From: Chiloscyllium plagiosum
Taxonomy: Eukaryota
Reading direction: 5' to 3'
DNA: 45,608 bases
Assembly (NCBI RefSeq): GCF_004010195.1
Contig: NC_057750.1
Coordinates: 16,322,550 to 16,368,157, forward strand
This document shows, in pieces, positions 12,952-25,451 of this stretch. The translations under genes and the position numbers were made by a program. The notes beneath the pieces were generated by a model, which saw nothing but the letters and a program-made list of their open reading frames with translations, had not been told where the DNA came from and did not search any database. The stretch's first letter is position 1. Each line of letters begins with the position of its first letter.

Positions 12952-12955
12952 CTCT
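8752..12955. repeat. Simple tandem repeat (TCTCTCTGTCTG)n; about 344 perfect 12-bp units from about 8789 to 12918, with degenerate CT edges
   Basis: Directly visible: every 60-bp line from 8821 to 12900 is identical. It generates the spurious >1400-aa ORFs. Confidence 0.99.
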
Positions 12956-13599
12956 CGCGCACATGCTCAGCGACTCTCCCCTTCCCCTCTCCTCCTCTCT
13001 TCCTACACACAACACACTCACTTGCTCACTCACTCCAACAAATAATGGTTTGGAGATGGAGAGTCTGCAGATAGCCAGGTATGTGCCCTTCAGTTACCAG
13101 TAGAACTGGACCTCAAATGCTTTCCCCTTCCTTCCTACCCACTTGGCGCCTTGCCCTGACAGCAAGGACCCAACACAAACTTGCTACTTGTTGGGATTCA
13201 GTACTGTGACGCCTCTGCTCAACTAATCAGGTGCATCTGTTACACTGTGCTGTCTAACTTCAGTTTGTTTTCAAGTCAACTAAATTTGTTACCTAATTAA
13301 TTTGTGATTTTTCTGTACAGTTGAAGGTTTCCTGTTTATGTAGGTTATAAACTATGGCTATAACTTTGCCTCAGTACAGTCTTGAAAATACTGTAGAATG
13401 GCACTAAGCCTTTTGCACTGAACTCCCTGGTTAAACTGTCTGCCAGAACCCAGTATTTAAGAGCAGGGATGAAAATGCTTGCTGGGATGAGCTATCTGAT
13501 GGAATGCAGACAGCTATGAGGAGAAGATAGTAGAAGTATCCAGAAGTTGGTCAGGTAGTAGGCTCAGTGAAGTTTTCATTCTTTAAGATCACAAAAGGC

Positions 13600-14520
13600 T
13601 GACATCTAAGTTTGGCAGGTAATGGTGGCAGAAGGCAAATAGAATAATTAGCCTTTATTCTAAAGTATAGTGAGACCTTGGTAAAGTTTTACAAGTTACT
13701 AGTCAGACCACACATGGAATACAGTGAACAGTTTTGAGCCCCTTCTCCAAGGAAAGACACACTGGTTTGGAGGCAGACCAGGGGAGGTTCATTAGGCTGA
13801 TTCTGAGCATTAAAGGATTTTCGTAGGAGGAGAGGTTGAATATGGTGAGCTTGTGCTCATTGGAGTTTAGAAGAATGAGAGGCTTGACAGTGTAGATGTA
13901 AGCAATTGTTTTCCCTTGTGAGAGAGTCAAGGACAGCGGGCACTATCTGAAAAAGGGTTGTCTGTTTAAGAGGGAAATGGAGGAGTTTCTTTTCTGAGGA
14001 TAGTGTATCTGTGAAAATCTTTACTGTGGAGGATGGATTATCAAGTGTATTCAAGGCCGAGATAAACAGATTTTTTAATCAGTAGGGGAGTTGAAGGGTA
14101 TAGCAACAAGTCAGGGAAGTGGAGTTGAGAATTACAGTATCAAATAACGAGATTCAATAATGAGAGGTATGCTTTCAAGGTGAGAGGTGAAAAGTTTAAG
14201 GGGGATACACACGGCAAGTACTTCACACAGAGGGTGGTGGGTGTCTGGAACGTATTGTCAGCAGAGGTGGTAGAGGCAGGCACGGTAGATTCATTTAAGA
14301 TGCGTCTGGACAGATGCATGAGTATATGGGGAGCAGATGGATACGGATAGTTAGGAATTGGGAGACAGGTTTAGACAGCAGATTTGGATCGGCCGAAAGG
14401 CCTGTTCCTGGACTGTAAATTTTCTTTGTTCTTTATAAATATGATCTCAATGATTGGAGGACCAGAGTCAATGAACCAAATAGCCTACTTCTGTCCCTAC
14501 AACTTGTGCTGTTATGGTCC
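13600..14520 (+). mobile_element. Old CR1 3' fragment with a younger CR1 3' end nested at about 14160-14435
   Basis: Decayed LVRPHMEY..QF..SLEFRRMRG motifs. The nested piece has 'ttcacacagagggtggtgggtgtctggaacg' and a tail ending 'tttctttgttctt'. The older 3' UTR resumes at about 14440. Confidence 0.75.
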
Positions 14521-15429
14521 CTGACATAGCCAGCATTATTTGTCCTTGAACTGAGTGGATTGCTGAGCCATATTAAATGGCAGTTAAGAATCAACTGCAG
14601 TGCAGTGGTCTAGAGTCACATGCAGGCCAGATCAGGTCAGGAGAGCAGATTTCCTTCCCTCATGCACATTAGTGAACCAGATGGATTTTTATAACACTCA
14701 TGATAGCTATCATGGTAAATTATCACTGTGATCTGATTATGACTTACAGTCCTGCCTATCCAAATACTTTTCACTGTCTTTATATTTAAGAATTTATTTA
14801 CCTGTACTCTAAAAGTATTCAATGAATTTTTCTCTGCCACTTTTGGGGGAAGAAAGACTTCAAAAGACTCACGACTCTCAGAAAAGATTTCTCCTCTGTC
14901 TTAATTTAAATATAAATTCATTTTATGTCTCCTAGTCCTAGTGTCTCCACAAGAAGAAAAATCCATGTAGCATCAACCCTGTGAAGCCCCCTCGGGGTTT
15001 TGTATATTTCAATAAGATGATCTCTCGGACTCCCCCTGTTCAAACACTCCTCTTATGATAAACCATTCTCTTCTATCCTCCTTCATGCACCCCTGCCAAA
15101 ACGCCAGGAAGCAGTGTATCTGAGAGGGAGATTCTGGAGGTTACTGCTGTCACATTCATTAAGAACATTGAAGGATAAGAACTCCAGAAGATAATTGAAA
15201 ATTGCTGTGGTCCACTTTATTTCTGGGCAGTGATCTGCTTTCCCCTTCCCTTATCTTAAAACTTTGACTTTTTATTCGGGTACATGATTCAGTAGGTACT
15301 AGTTGCCTTCAAAATGGTCTTGTGCAAGCCTTTATAATAAGTCTTGGAAAATTATTCAACTGTATTGATCCTACCAACTTAGCCAGTTGCATTTAGTCAT
15401 GCAGTCCATGTTTCGCAGGGAGCTGATCA

Positions 15430-15570
15430 AGAAGCATCAGAGGATAAAGAGAGTCGACATTTCAGGTTCTGACCTAAAATGTTGATTCTCCTCCTCTGAT
15501 GCTGCTTGACCTGCTATGCTTTTTCCAGCTCCACTCTGACTCTCCAGTATCTGCAGTCCTACTATCCCCA
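15430..15570 (+). mobile_element. Decayed fold-back PLE terminal fragment
   Basis: 'agcatcagagg..gtcgacatttc' is followed by its approximate reverse complement 'aaatgttgattctcctcctctgatgctgc' and the family 3' end 'ctccagtatctgcagtcctact'. Confidence 0.6.
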
Positions 15571-16108
15571 TGTTTAGAAGGGGACAGTCAGTTATATTTA
15601 AGTGCATGCATGTTGGCTGATATTTCCAGGTATACAGATGTAAATTTTAATACTTCCTTTGTACGGAGAGATCAGCTATTTCGCGTTAACCAGGCATCAA
15701 GCCCAGGAGCTTCCAAGCTTGTATTACTCGTAGTGTCTGAAAAGGTTGCTGTGAACTTGTAGGAAGCTTACACAATTTAACTGAGGTGAAATTAATTGAA
15801 GATAATTTCTATGAAATTAGTTCTTTTAGAAGTCCACAAAGCAAATTTTACTATCCTGTTTTTAAAAAAAGCAGACTTATTTCTAACAAGAGGACAGTAG
15901 TCATACTCTTTGTTTAAGGTGGTTTTATGGAGCAATTTATAAGGAAGCCAGATAGCTTGCAATGTTGTGTACGACTCATTTTCTTTTATGTTCTCAATTC
16001 CAAATTCCACCCATGGAGGTACCAACTTATGCTTGGGTGGTACTAAATTTTTCTTCTGGGCCTCACCTGAGTGGACATGCTTCATGCGTGAGGTTAATCA
16101 TTGAGTGT

Positions 16109-16768
16109 TGTTACGACATGGGGCAAACCTTCCTTACTAATTTAAACTAGCAACATAGAAAAGATTCACCCCGTGCTGTAATTTTTAAAATTCGAGATGC
16201 AAAGAACTATCCCCAAAGTCACTATTTAAAGTTCAAAAGTTTAAGAACTTTATTCTTTAAGTCTAACAACTATTTACAACTCCTTTCTTTAACCTCCCTT
16301 TTACTTTCCCTTCTATAATACTGGTCCGATAAATCCCCAGATTAAGATTTACCAAAAATTCAAATTTCAAAACCAGCCAGCTGTCTACTCTTTTTGTATC
16401 TTTCTCTGTCTTCTTTTCTTAGGGTTTCTGTTTTACAGGTCATTGATAGACAAAGGTACCTTTTAAGAGAACTATTCTGCAGGCAGTCTGCATATGTTGG
16501 TGGTTTGGCAGTTCTCTTCCGACTGTTCAATTTTTTTTCGGTTTTATACCCCAAATGTTAATGTTGTCAAAATATTAAATGCAAACTTGATTGGAATTTG
16601 GTATTTTGGGGCATAATTTAAACTGATTGGCCGAATTTGAATTTGTTTTTGTCTCGTAGCAACCCGAGTACTGCTAGTTGCTGGACCAAATGTCACATTG
16701 TAAATTCTCCAGCACTCTGTGTGCTTGCTAAGTCCTTCACCCCTCTTAAAGGTACAGTACCCCTTACA
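16109..16768 (-). mobile_element. Probable solo LTR (660 bp)
   Basis: Termini TGT...ACA. In minus-strand order: two CCAAT boxes (16630-16626, 16594-16590), TATAAAA (16548-16542), AATAAA (16254-16249), i.e. a U3-R-U5 layout. No clean target-site duplication found. Confidence 0.55.
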
Positions 16769-19700
16769 TCTTAAGTGTCAACAGTCTAACCTGTCCTTAA
16801 TCCATTTCTGTCCACATGCATGCACTTTTCCATGACCATCCTGGGCCAGGAACAGGACATCCTTCCATAGCCTAGGATGGTAGGATACATTTCCTGTTGT
16901 GTCCTGACTTATTTCAGCTCAGCTCAGCTCAGCCAGCTCCTGAGATGGAGAAGGAAAACACTTCTAATCACTAATCCCGGCAGATACAATTGTGAGAATT
17001 ACATTGAGCATCACTGTGATAAACCTGACAGCATCTCTTGAAGCTCATTGCTTTGGTTCAGTAAGAAGAACAGTCAGTTGGATGAGGTACCAAATGAACC
17101 GTCTTACATCAAAAGCCATTACTTTTGGACACAATGGGGAGAAAATTAAACCAAATATATAGCATGGTACGCTGCAGGAGCAGTATTGTAGTGTGACTCT
17201 GACCCGAAGTTATGTAATCTTAGAATGATGAAGCGTATTTGGCCTGTAATTACTGTGCCAACTATTTAATAGGGCTACTTAAATTAGTGCCACATCTACT
17301 GTTTACAATGTCTTGTAAAAGCTTTCTCCCTTCATGAGTTTATCTAATTAATGTTTGAAAGTTGCAATTGAATCTATTTCCATCACTTTTTCAGGTACAG
17401 TAGTTCTCTTACCAGTCATCTTAAATCTGAATCCTCTGATTATCAAACTCTTCTTTTCCTGAAACTGTTGATGATTTTGGCTTTACCTATCCAATCTTGA
17501 GTGTCTCTGCTCCAAGGAATACAGCCCCAGCTTTTCAACAGAACTGAGGTTCTACATCCTTGGTACCATTCCAGTAAATCTCACCTGTAACATCTGTTAA
17601 GGTCGTGCCAATTGTTCTTGATCACTCAATGGCTTGTTGCGTGATAATGGCTGTGAATGGCCTGGTGATCCTTCTGGATGTTGTCAGTAATTGTGGGTGT
17701 AGGTCAAGTTGAGTTGCCATTATAAGCGATTAATGAATTTTCAATCCTCAATTTGCAACCAAGAAGAATGAATGAGCATGAGCTTTATGGAAGTTACAGC
17801 ATGCAGTAACCACCCCCAACCAAACCCAGCAGCTCAAACTCCCAAGACTATGTGTGGTACTCCCCAGACAATTTCTTCAAGACCTGTTAAGTGTAATGTG
17901 AAGAACTGTACAATTCTTTACTTTGAGATTGAAAATCATCTTTTTAATGATGAGTTGATGTTCAGATGGATTGAGTGCAATTCAACACAAATCACAAGGG
18001 GTGCAGCAAGCAATTTGGAAAGCCAATGGAATGTTGCTCTTTGTTACAGCAGGGTTGGAGTGCAGGAATAAACCAGTCTTCCTGCAGCTGACCACTTGTG
18101 TTTGGTTTTGACCTCTCCTCCTCTTTTAAGCTCCCCTTAGACAAGGTGCAATGCAGGTTCACTGGTTTGATTTTTGGGATGAGGGGATTGTCCTATGAAA
18201 AGAGATGGAGTAGAATGGGTCTAAACCTTCAAGCATTTAAGAGGAATGAGTGGCAATCTCATCTAAGATTGAGGTCTTGACAGGGTAGATGCTGAGAGTG
18301 TAAAATAGGTGGCATGATCTCTTTAAGATTGAAATGAGAGATTTCTTGTGACTCTTTCAAGCTCTCCATTTTTAAGGCTCAGTCCAGTACATTTTGGACT
18401 TGAAAAATTGGGCTGGAAAGTGCTTTTAAGGTTAGCAAATAGCCACTAGTTTATTGAAGAGCAGAGCAACTAGACGAACCAAATGGTTTGCCTATTTAGT
18501 GTTCATGATGACTATAAAGAGGTTAATAATGAGGAAGACAGATATTGTGCTATGGTTACAGTCAAGTGGAATTGGTTGGCTTGACCAAGGCAGGATCAGT
18601 GAATAGAAACTGGTTGCAGCGTTAAACAGAGTTGAACATGTCGATCGAATGCAGTGATACCTTTGTGCCTACAATCATGCTTGCTTAAATTAACTAACAC
18701 CTACTCTGACCTGACATTAAGCCTTTTGTTTCTGCAGTATGTTAAGATCAGATCTGCACGTTTCTCATATCCAGGGTCATATATCAACAGATAACCTGGA
18801 GACCTTCACAAAATGAAAGCAGCTGTAGAGACCTGTTTGTTTCTTATTATACAAATGAAATGTTACTGTAGAAATCTGATATTTTCACACACTTTGAAGT
18901 TTCATCCTCATTGAACTTGATCATGGTTTTATATCTGCCTACAGAATGGAAATATGCTAACCTGCAAGACATAAAACTGCTTCTTTAATACACTGTTTAT
19001 ATGGACTGATTGTAGACTTAATTGCAATTAATTAGGATGTTCCACTGTGAAATGCTGACATATAAAAGCTTTATTAGTATTTCTTTGGTTAAACAATGAC
19101 TGATCCACTTTGTTTGAGAACAGATGGATTTTCAATAACTAGATTGAAGAATCTGAGAATTCTATATGTGCAGATGGTAGCAACAGTCTATTTAATATTA
19201 ATGTATTTTTATTAATAATATTCACCCAACTTTTGTTTTAGATTTTCTTTTCAGTTCTTTCCAGTTTTCTCCTATTTCTCATTACTAATTTCTCTCTCAT
19301 TCTGTCGTCTCTTTCCCTGACTCTGTCAAGCATTAGATATCCTTTACCTCCCCTGTGAGCCGTGACCCTACCCAAAGTGACTATTCTCCCTCCCTCTGTC
19401 TACCCCCAACATCACCATCACTACTGCTGTCTCCCTACCCCATACCCCTCCCCATCACACAAATTTCTGGGGTGGATATTGCTGTCAAGTTAGCATCCAA
19501 TTGCTAAGATCAGAATCAATCAAACATTGTCCCTGTTTCTATTTATGACTAGTTCAATGGTACTTTTCCACAGCTACCAACGGTAATTCAGATCCTCCTT
19601 CGCCCCAAATTAACATTATCCATCCGAGCATCTCAGCTCAGGCTGACATTGTCTTCACAGGCACATGCTAAGGTTCTCTGACCACGAAGATTGAGAATCA

Positions 19701-19800
19701 AATGTGAAACTTATTTGCTTGGTTTTACCACTGCCTTAGCTGAATCTTTGACTCCGGATTGCGTTGAATTTTCATAATTTCCTCCTTGTTCTTTATGTAG

Positions 19801-19957
19801 GACGTATCGTGTTTGAACAGGGATCCTTCCAAAGTTATTATTGTGGACTGTAAAAAAGAAGCTTTCAGCCTCCAGCCCTTCAATGGTATTGCACTAAAGA
19901 AATGGGATGGAAATTCTGATGACCGAACCCTGTATGAACTTGCAGCATTCCTGAAAA
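19801..19957 (+). CDS. TIMM50: TIMM50 (mitochondrial import inner membrane translocase subunit Tim50), internal coding exon in the FCP1/NIF-like domain
   Basis: Polypyrimidine tract and AG end at 19800; donor gtaag starts at 19958. Translates [52 protein letters not shown], closely matching vertebrate Tim50 as I recall it ([52 protein letters not shown]). 157 bp, ends in phase 1. Confidence 0.96.
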
Positions 19958-22049
19958 GTAAGCTCCCATCTGCCAGCTGGTTGGTAATGTGTTTTGTTCT
20001 GTGAATTTTTGAGAGTGAGCTTCCCTCGAAAGTGTTATGACACCAAGTCAAATTAGCTGATAGTTGCGTAATTTTTTTAAAGACTGAACTTAAGTCTCCT
20101 CCCCATCCCTCTCCCACACTGCTCTTCTCTCCCTCCCCCTCTGCCCCCCTCAACCTTCTGTAGTTGAACAAACACAACCTCTGCAAGTTTGCATAACAAA
20201 TACTGCAACTGGTACCTTAACAGTGAATCATAGGAAAGCTGCAAGGAGGCATATGTGCCCAGGACCTTTGGGTCAATTATGACAATCTGGTTATTTGGCC
20301 TTTGTGTTTTATTAATGTATTTTTTTCCTCCTCTTTTCACTATTGATGTAGATTAACTCATTCACCACGCACTGCCATTGTGATGCCACTTGCAATAGAT
20401 CACATTGCTGCAAGCAGCTGCAGTGATGCCATCTGGCATCTTTTTAGGACCAAGGTCCACGGTGGGAACAATGCCAAATGGCTTCTTTAGTTATGAACGA
20501 GTTAAATATTTGTTGTGCCTTTGAATGAACTCGAGTAAGAAGGTCACAAAGGCTAAAGGGAAGCTGTGACACTGAAGGTTTGAAGAGGATCCGGTGTGTT
20601 TAAAATTGCATTGTGTTGAGCTAAATTTTGTCCCATTCTCATTAGCATTAAATTTAACACCAAGGAACCTAAGCTAGAGACTTTTCTGCTGCTTTCTATC
20701 AGACTGTTTCTCCACTGGGATGAGTAACATCAGAAGAAACCCTGTAATGTCAATTACCCGGTGACCATTGTGTGTGAAAAGCCCAGTACACGTCGTCTTT
20801 CGTAAGATGCTTCTCACAGGATGTGTTCTAACTAAATAGGTACTGCTTCAGTATTTAACTACTGTCTAGAGGGTGCCTGTGAGCAGGCTGACCTCTTCAA
20901 CTCAGAATATGAGCAGCAATGTGCTTTCTATTTCACTGACATGATTGGGTCTTTACTGACATCAGGCCCCAGGCTGATGGGTAAAGCCACAATTCACAAC
21001 TATTTTTTGAAGTTGTGTTTGCTGTATCTGTGCAAGCACCCTTCCGCTGCTTGTATCTATTTCATGATAGGTAGAGAGTACAATTGCTGTAACATGGGAA
21101 AAAAAAATTATTCATTGAAAGAAAGTCATTTAAGGTACAGGAGGGGTTAAAGTAATGCACTTGAGAAGTAGAGGGATGTATTTTCACTTGCTTGAAAGTT
21201 CCATGACTTTAATGGGATTGAGAAACTGAATAGAAACCAAACCTCATGAAGATTGGGAGGGTTTGAGAATTTAAAGCCAAGTCACTTGCTGGAATATGTA
21301 ATATGTAGGCATTCTCCACAGTGAGTCACTGAAGCAAAAGAGGTCACCTGGCTAAAGTGTCTTCCCTAACCTGGGAGCATTTCCCCCACCTCAACCAAGT
21401 AAGAGTGGGAAAGAAAGGAGTTCATGATTGAGTGTCTCTGTTCAAATATGTGACAGCAAAGATTGAAATAAATTACTTTTTTGTGGGGAGCTAGTATGAG
21501 CTGCTGTGCATACCTCTTGGTGATAAACTTAAAAGCATAATGGGCTGAGCTCTGGGAAGAAGTGCATGAACCTCGAACTTCCCCACAATGTGGCTTACTG
21601 CATCAGGTGGAATGAATTCCCACTGAAACATTTTCCTAAAGTCGTCATTCTTGTAGAGTTGGAAATGTCACCGTAATTTTATTTAATTATTGGGAGAGTA
21701 ATCTCAAGTAATCTCAAGTTCCATACTCTGTCTCAGTGGCCTCATCAATGTGACTTGGGGAGTGTGCTTCAGACTGTTGAACATGCCTGATCTTGATGCA
21801 GCTCTCAGAAGCTAAATATGTTTCATGTTGTTTTAGAATTCAGAATTTGGAGCTATTAGTTTATAAATTATATACTTTGGCGAAGGGTATTCAACTTAAA
21901 ACCGTGCTAATAGCTCCCTTCAATAAAGGAAGAAGTGGGTATGTGCAGCACCTTTCACGAACTCAGACTATTCAAAGTACTTTCCAGTCAATGAATAGCA
22001 TTTGAGGTGCACATACTGTTATTATACAAGCTAGAAGTGCAGGGGAAGA

Positions 22050-24060
22050 AAAAGACTGGGAGAGTTTGAATGATAGGAGACTGTATTGTAAAGAGAACTG
22101 ACAGGGTTCTGTGGCAGCAAATGAGACTCTTGAATGGAATGACCCTGGTGACAGGGTCAGGGATGTCTCAGATCAGCTGCAGGGCATTCTGACAGGGGAC
22201 AGCCAGCAGTCATGTTGCATGTCAATAGCAATGACATAGGTCTAAAAAAAGTGGAGTCATGCAAGAGGAATTTTAGAGAGTAGTAGATTAAAGAGGAAGG
22301 CTACTAATCTCTGGATTTCTTCCAGTGCCACATGCTCCCGAGTATAGGAATAGTAAAATTGGATGCACATGTTTCTGAAGAGGTGGTGTAAGAGGGAGGG
22401 TTTTAGATTTTTTGAACCATTGAGACATCATTTGGGGTCAGTGGGATCTAAAAGAGCTGGACAGGTTGCATCTGATATTCAATATCCTTGTTCGGAGGCT
22501 TGCTCGTGCCATTGGGGAGGTTTTAATCAAATTTGGCAAGGAATGGGGCACAGTAGATGTAAAGTCAGGAGCAAGGCCCAATCAGATATAGAAGGACTGT
22601 TAGCACAGTCCAATGTGCAGAGAAGACATGGGAGGTGCAGAAAGCTAAATTGTATCTATTTTAATGCAAGGAGCTTGACTGGTAAAGTGGATGAATTTAG
22701 TCTGTTAATCAGCAAATGGGAATGTGATATTGTAACAAGCACCACATGATGGTTGAAGAAAGGACAGGACTGCCACCTCAACATTCCAGCGTATAAAAGT
22801 TTTCGGTGCAATAGGAATGGATTGAGGGAGGTGGGAGCATTCCATTATTGATAAAGGAAACCATGCTTTTGTGATTGGAAGTTTGTGACCAGCATTGTAC
22901 CATAGAGATCCGCGCTTGGATCTTTGCAGTTTGATGTGTATGTTAATGACTTGGATGTGAATGTAGAAGCTATAATTAATAAGTTAGCAGATGACGTGAA
23001 AATTGGCTGTGTTGTTGATAGGAGGATGGTCTTGGGCTACAGAGTGATATTGATCAGCTGGTAAATTGGGCAGACCAATGGCAGATGGAATTTAATCTGG
23101 TGAGTGATGCATTTTGGGAGGCCTAATAGGTGAAGGATATACACAATAAATGGTAGGCCCCTAGTGAGTTCTGAGGAACAAAGGGCTCTTGTAAAAGTTC
23201 ATAGATCCCTAAAGTTGTCAGCACAAGTAGACACTGGTGAAGAAGGGACATAGGATGCTTGTGTTCATTAGCCAAGGCATAGCATATAGAAGCAAGGAAG
23301 TCTTGTTATAACTTTATAAAACATTGGTTAGGCCATAGATGGAATACTGAATTCAGTTCTGGTTGCCACACTACCAGAAGGACATAATTGCATTGGAATG
23401 GGTGCAGAGGAGATTCACCAGGATGTTGCCTGGGATGAAAAGACTCCATTTTTGGGATAGGCTTGGGTTTGTTTTTCTTGAAGTGAGGACTGATATGATT
23501 GAGATATACAAAATTATCAGAGCGAGAGTGGATTGTGAGAATCTTGTCCTCATGGTAGCTGTATCTCAGACCAACGGGTTTAAAATTATATAGACGTACG
23601 GTACAGAAGGAGGCTACTTGACCCATCATGTCTGTACCAGCCCCTGAGAGAATACCCAACTCATTCCACTCTCCAACTCTATCTTTGTAGCCCTCTAAAT
23701 TCATCACTTTCAAATATATATCCAGCTCTCTTTTGAAACCTCTTAGCAAATCAGTTTCCACCACTCTCCCAGGCAGCGTATTCCAAATCCTAACATCTCT
23801 CCGAGTAAGGATGTTTCTCCTCATCTCACTCCGAGCTCTCTCGCTGGCAGTCCTGAAGTTGTGGAACCCTAGTTACCAATGCAAGTTCAGTGCGAAAAGA
23901 AAAAGGATGCTGGAGGCAGGTACTCTCACAACATTTAAGAAGCATCTAGATAAGTACTTAAAATGCCAGAGCATAGTAGGAAGATGGGATTAGTGTAATT
24001 TCTTAGTCACCATAGACATAGTAGACCGAAAGGCCTGTTCAATTCTGTATGCCTCTGACA
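22050..24060 (+). mobile_element. Internally deleted CR1 LINE: ORF1 SGNH-esterase remnant, ORF2 APE endonuclease start, RT C-terminus and 3' UTR
   Basis: ORF1-like IGDCIV..PG.RVRDVSDQLQGIL..QPAVMLHV..NDIG; ORF2 start LNCIYFNARSLTGKVDEF; later YVNDLD..KLADDVKIG and [24 protein letters not shown]; tail near 24020-24058. Confidence 0.85.
23590..23880 (-). mobile_element. CR1 3' end nested in antisense orientation inside the 22050-24060 element
   Basis: Minus-strand ORF 23306-23824 begins RRNILTRRDVRIWNTLPGRVVE..FKRELDIYL, the CR1 ORF2 C-terminus, followed by 3' UTR. Confidence 0.75.
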
Positions 24061-24576
24061 TTTAATGTCTGGCACATGAATGCAGGATGATTATTTAACT
24101 GAAATACTTTACACATCAAGATGCTGTTTTAAAAGGATTTTCTTTTAAGTCTTTAGTAGATTACAGTTTTGATTGGCATTGGATAAGTGATTCATTTCTT
24201 TAAAATTTCATGCAGGAAATGTGCATTATTGATGGGGGAATCTCCTTTCAGTTAGATTAAATTGGTACCTGGTGTCTGTGGAACAGATTGCCACGATAGT
24301 AGACACAATAGTGATCCCAGTAACCTGCATGATAAAATATGCATATTTTGTGGTATTTTGAAATCATGGACAGTGGCAAATTATGGTGAACAACACAGTC
24401 TTGCATGCACTGAGTCCTTTTGCAACTTAAAACACATGACACCTAGATGAGGGCAAGGCAGAAACAGGTTTTTGATGAAAATAGTTTCTGTTGAATGAAG
24501 ACCTCTTTACCCCAAATCTGTCTTAACAGAGAATTGCCTTATCTGTGAAATTAAATACTCATATGGCACTATGTTC

Positions 24577-25451
24577 TTGTCAGTGCTGGCAAGAAGGAGC
24601 TGTACCGCAGGCCATGAGGGATGCCAAAATCATTGCCCTCTACAAGAACAAGGATGAGAGAAGTGACTACAGCAACTACAGAGGCATCTTCTCCTCAACA
24701 CTGTCACCAAAGTCTTTGCTCGGGTCATCTTGACTTGCGTGTAGAAACTGGCAGAATGTGCATACCCAGAATCACCGTGCGGCTTCCGAGCTAAAAGATC
24801 AGCAGTAGATATGATCTTCTCTCTTCACCAACTGCAGGAGAAGTGACAACTGACAACCTCTCCTTGGACACAGAGATCCACAAGAGGATTGGGAAAGCAG
24901 CCTCAGCTCTTGCCAGGATATGTCCAGGATACAATGGATATTCCTCAAGTGGAAGGTGTTCAGTCTTGTCTCCTGTCTGGCATATGTAGTCCACACTTCA
25001 GTGCTGTTCAACAGTGTGCTTATGACACAGGCATTGTAACCTGACATTTTTGCCTTCACCGTCAGTTTGGGATTTGTCCATATTAGAGTCTTGAGGCGTC
25101 CCCAGCTGCACTACACGGGCGTCTGCATGAGGGACATGAAGGCACTTGATATCATTACAGAGTCCTGGGAAAGGCTTCCAGCTGACCGCACACGATGGAG
25201 AAGCACCCTGAGCCAACACCTCAAAACAGAGGAAATTAAGCTGATGAGTGCTGCAGCAGACAAGTGAGCACGAAGGAAGGAGTTCTAGCAGATCAATGAC
25301 CACATACAGATGTGACTTCTGCGACCAGGACTGTCACTCCAGTATTAGTTTCTTCAGTCATAAGTGACTTTACCTCAGGGAAACAGAAAGCTAGAACAAC
25401 AAGGATGCAACCCATGGCCAACCATGACCGAAAGAGGCCTCACTCATTCAC
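24577..25451 (+). mobile_element. RTE-clade LINE remnant, 5'-truncated, with internal deletion and internal inversion
   Basis: CWQEGAVPQAMRDAKIIALYKNKDERSDYSNYRGI, CGFRAKRSAVDMIFSLHQLQEK, DNLSLDTEIHKRIGKAASALAR; inverted NACVISTLL..WTTYARQETRLNTFHLR..ILDISWQ; then RDMKALDI..WE..ADRTRWR and a C-x2-C motif (CDFCDQDCHS). Confidence 0.85.

Noticed and set aside
8752..12955. CRISPR-like or other spaced repeat array
   Set aside because: No spacers; a pure simple repeat in vertebrate DNA.
8588..13103. Four ORFs of more than 1400 aa (RETD, SVSL, RDRQ, LCLS repeats)
   Set aside because: Artefacts of a stop-free 12-bp tandem repeat that is open in all frames; no gene structure.
16840..17110. Possible LF-SINE-like remnant (similar hints near 36880-37090 and 43050-43260)
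   Set aside because: Too decayed to support by eye; needs a profile-HMM search.
19725..20186. 153-aa minus-strand ORF
   Set aside because: Antisense shadow of the TIMM50 exon with no recognisable domain.
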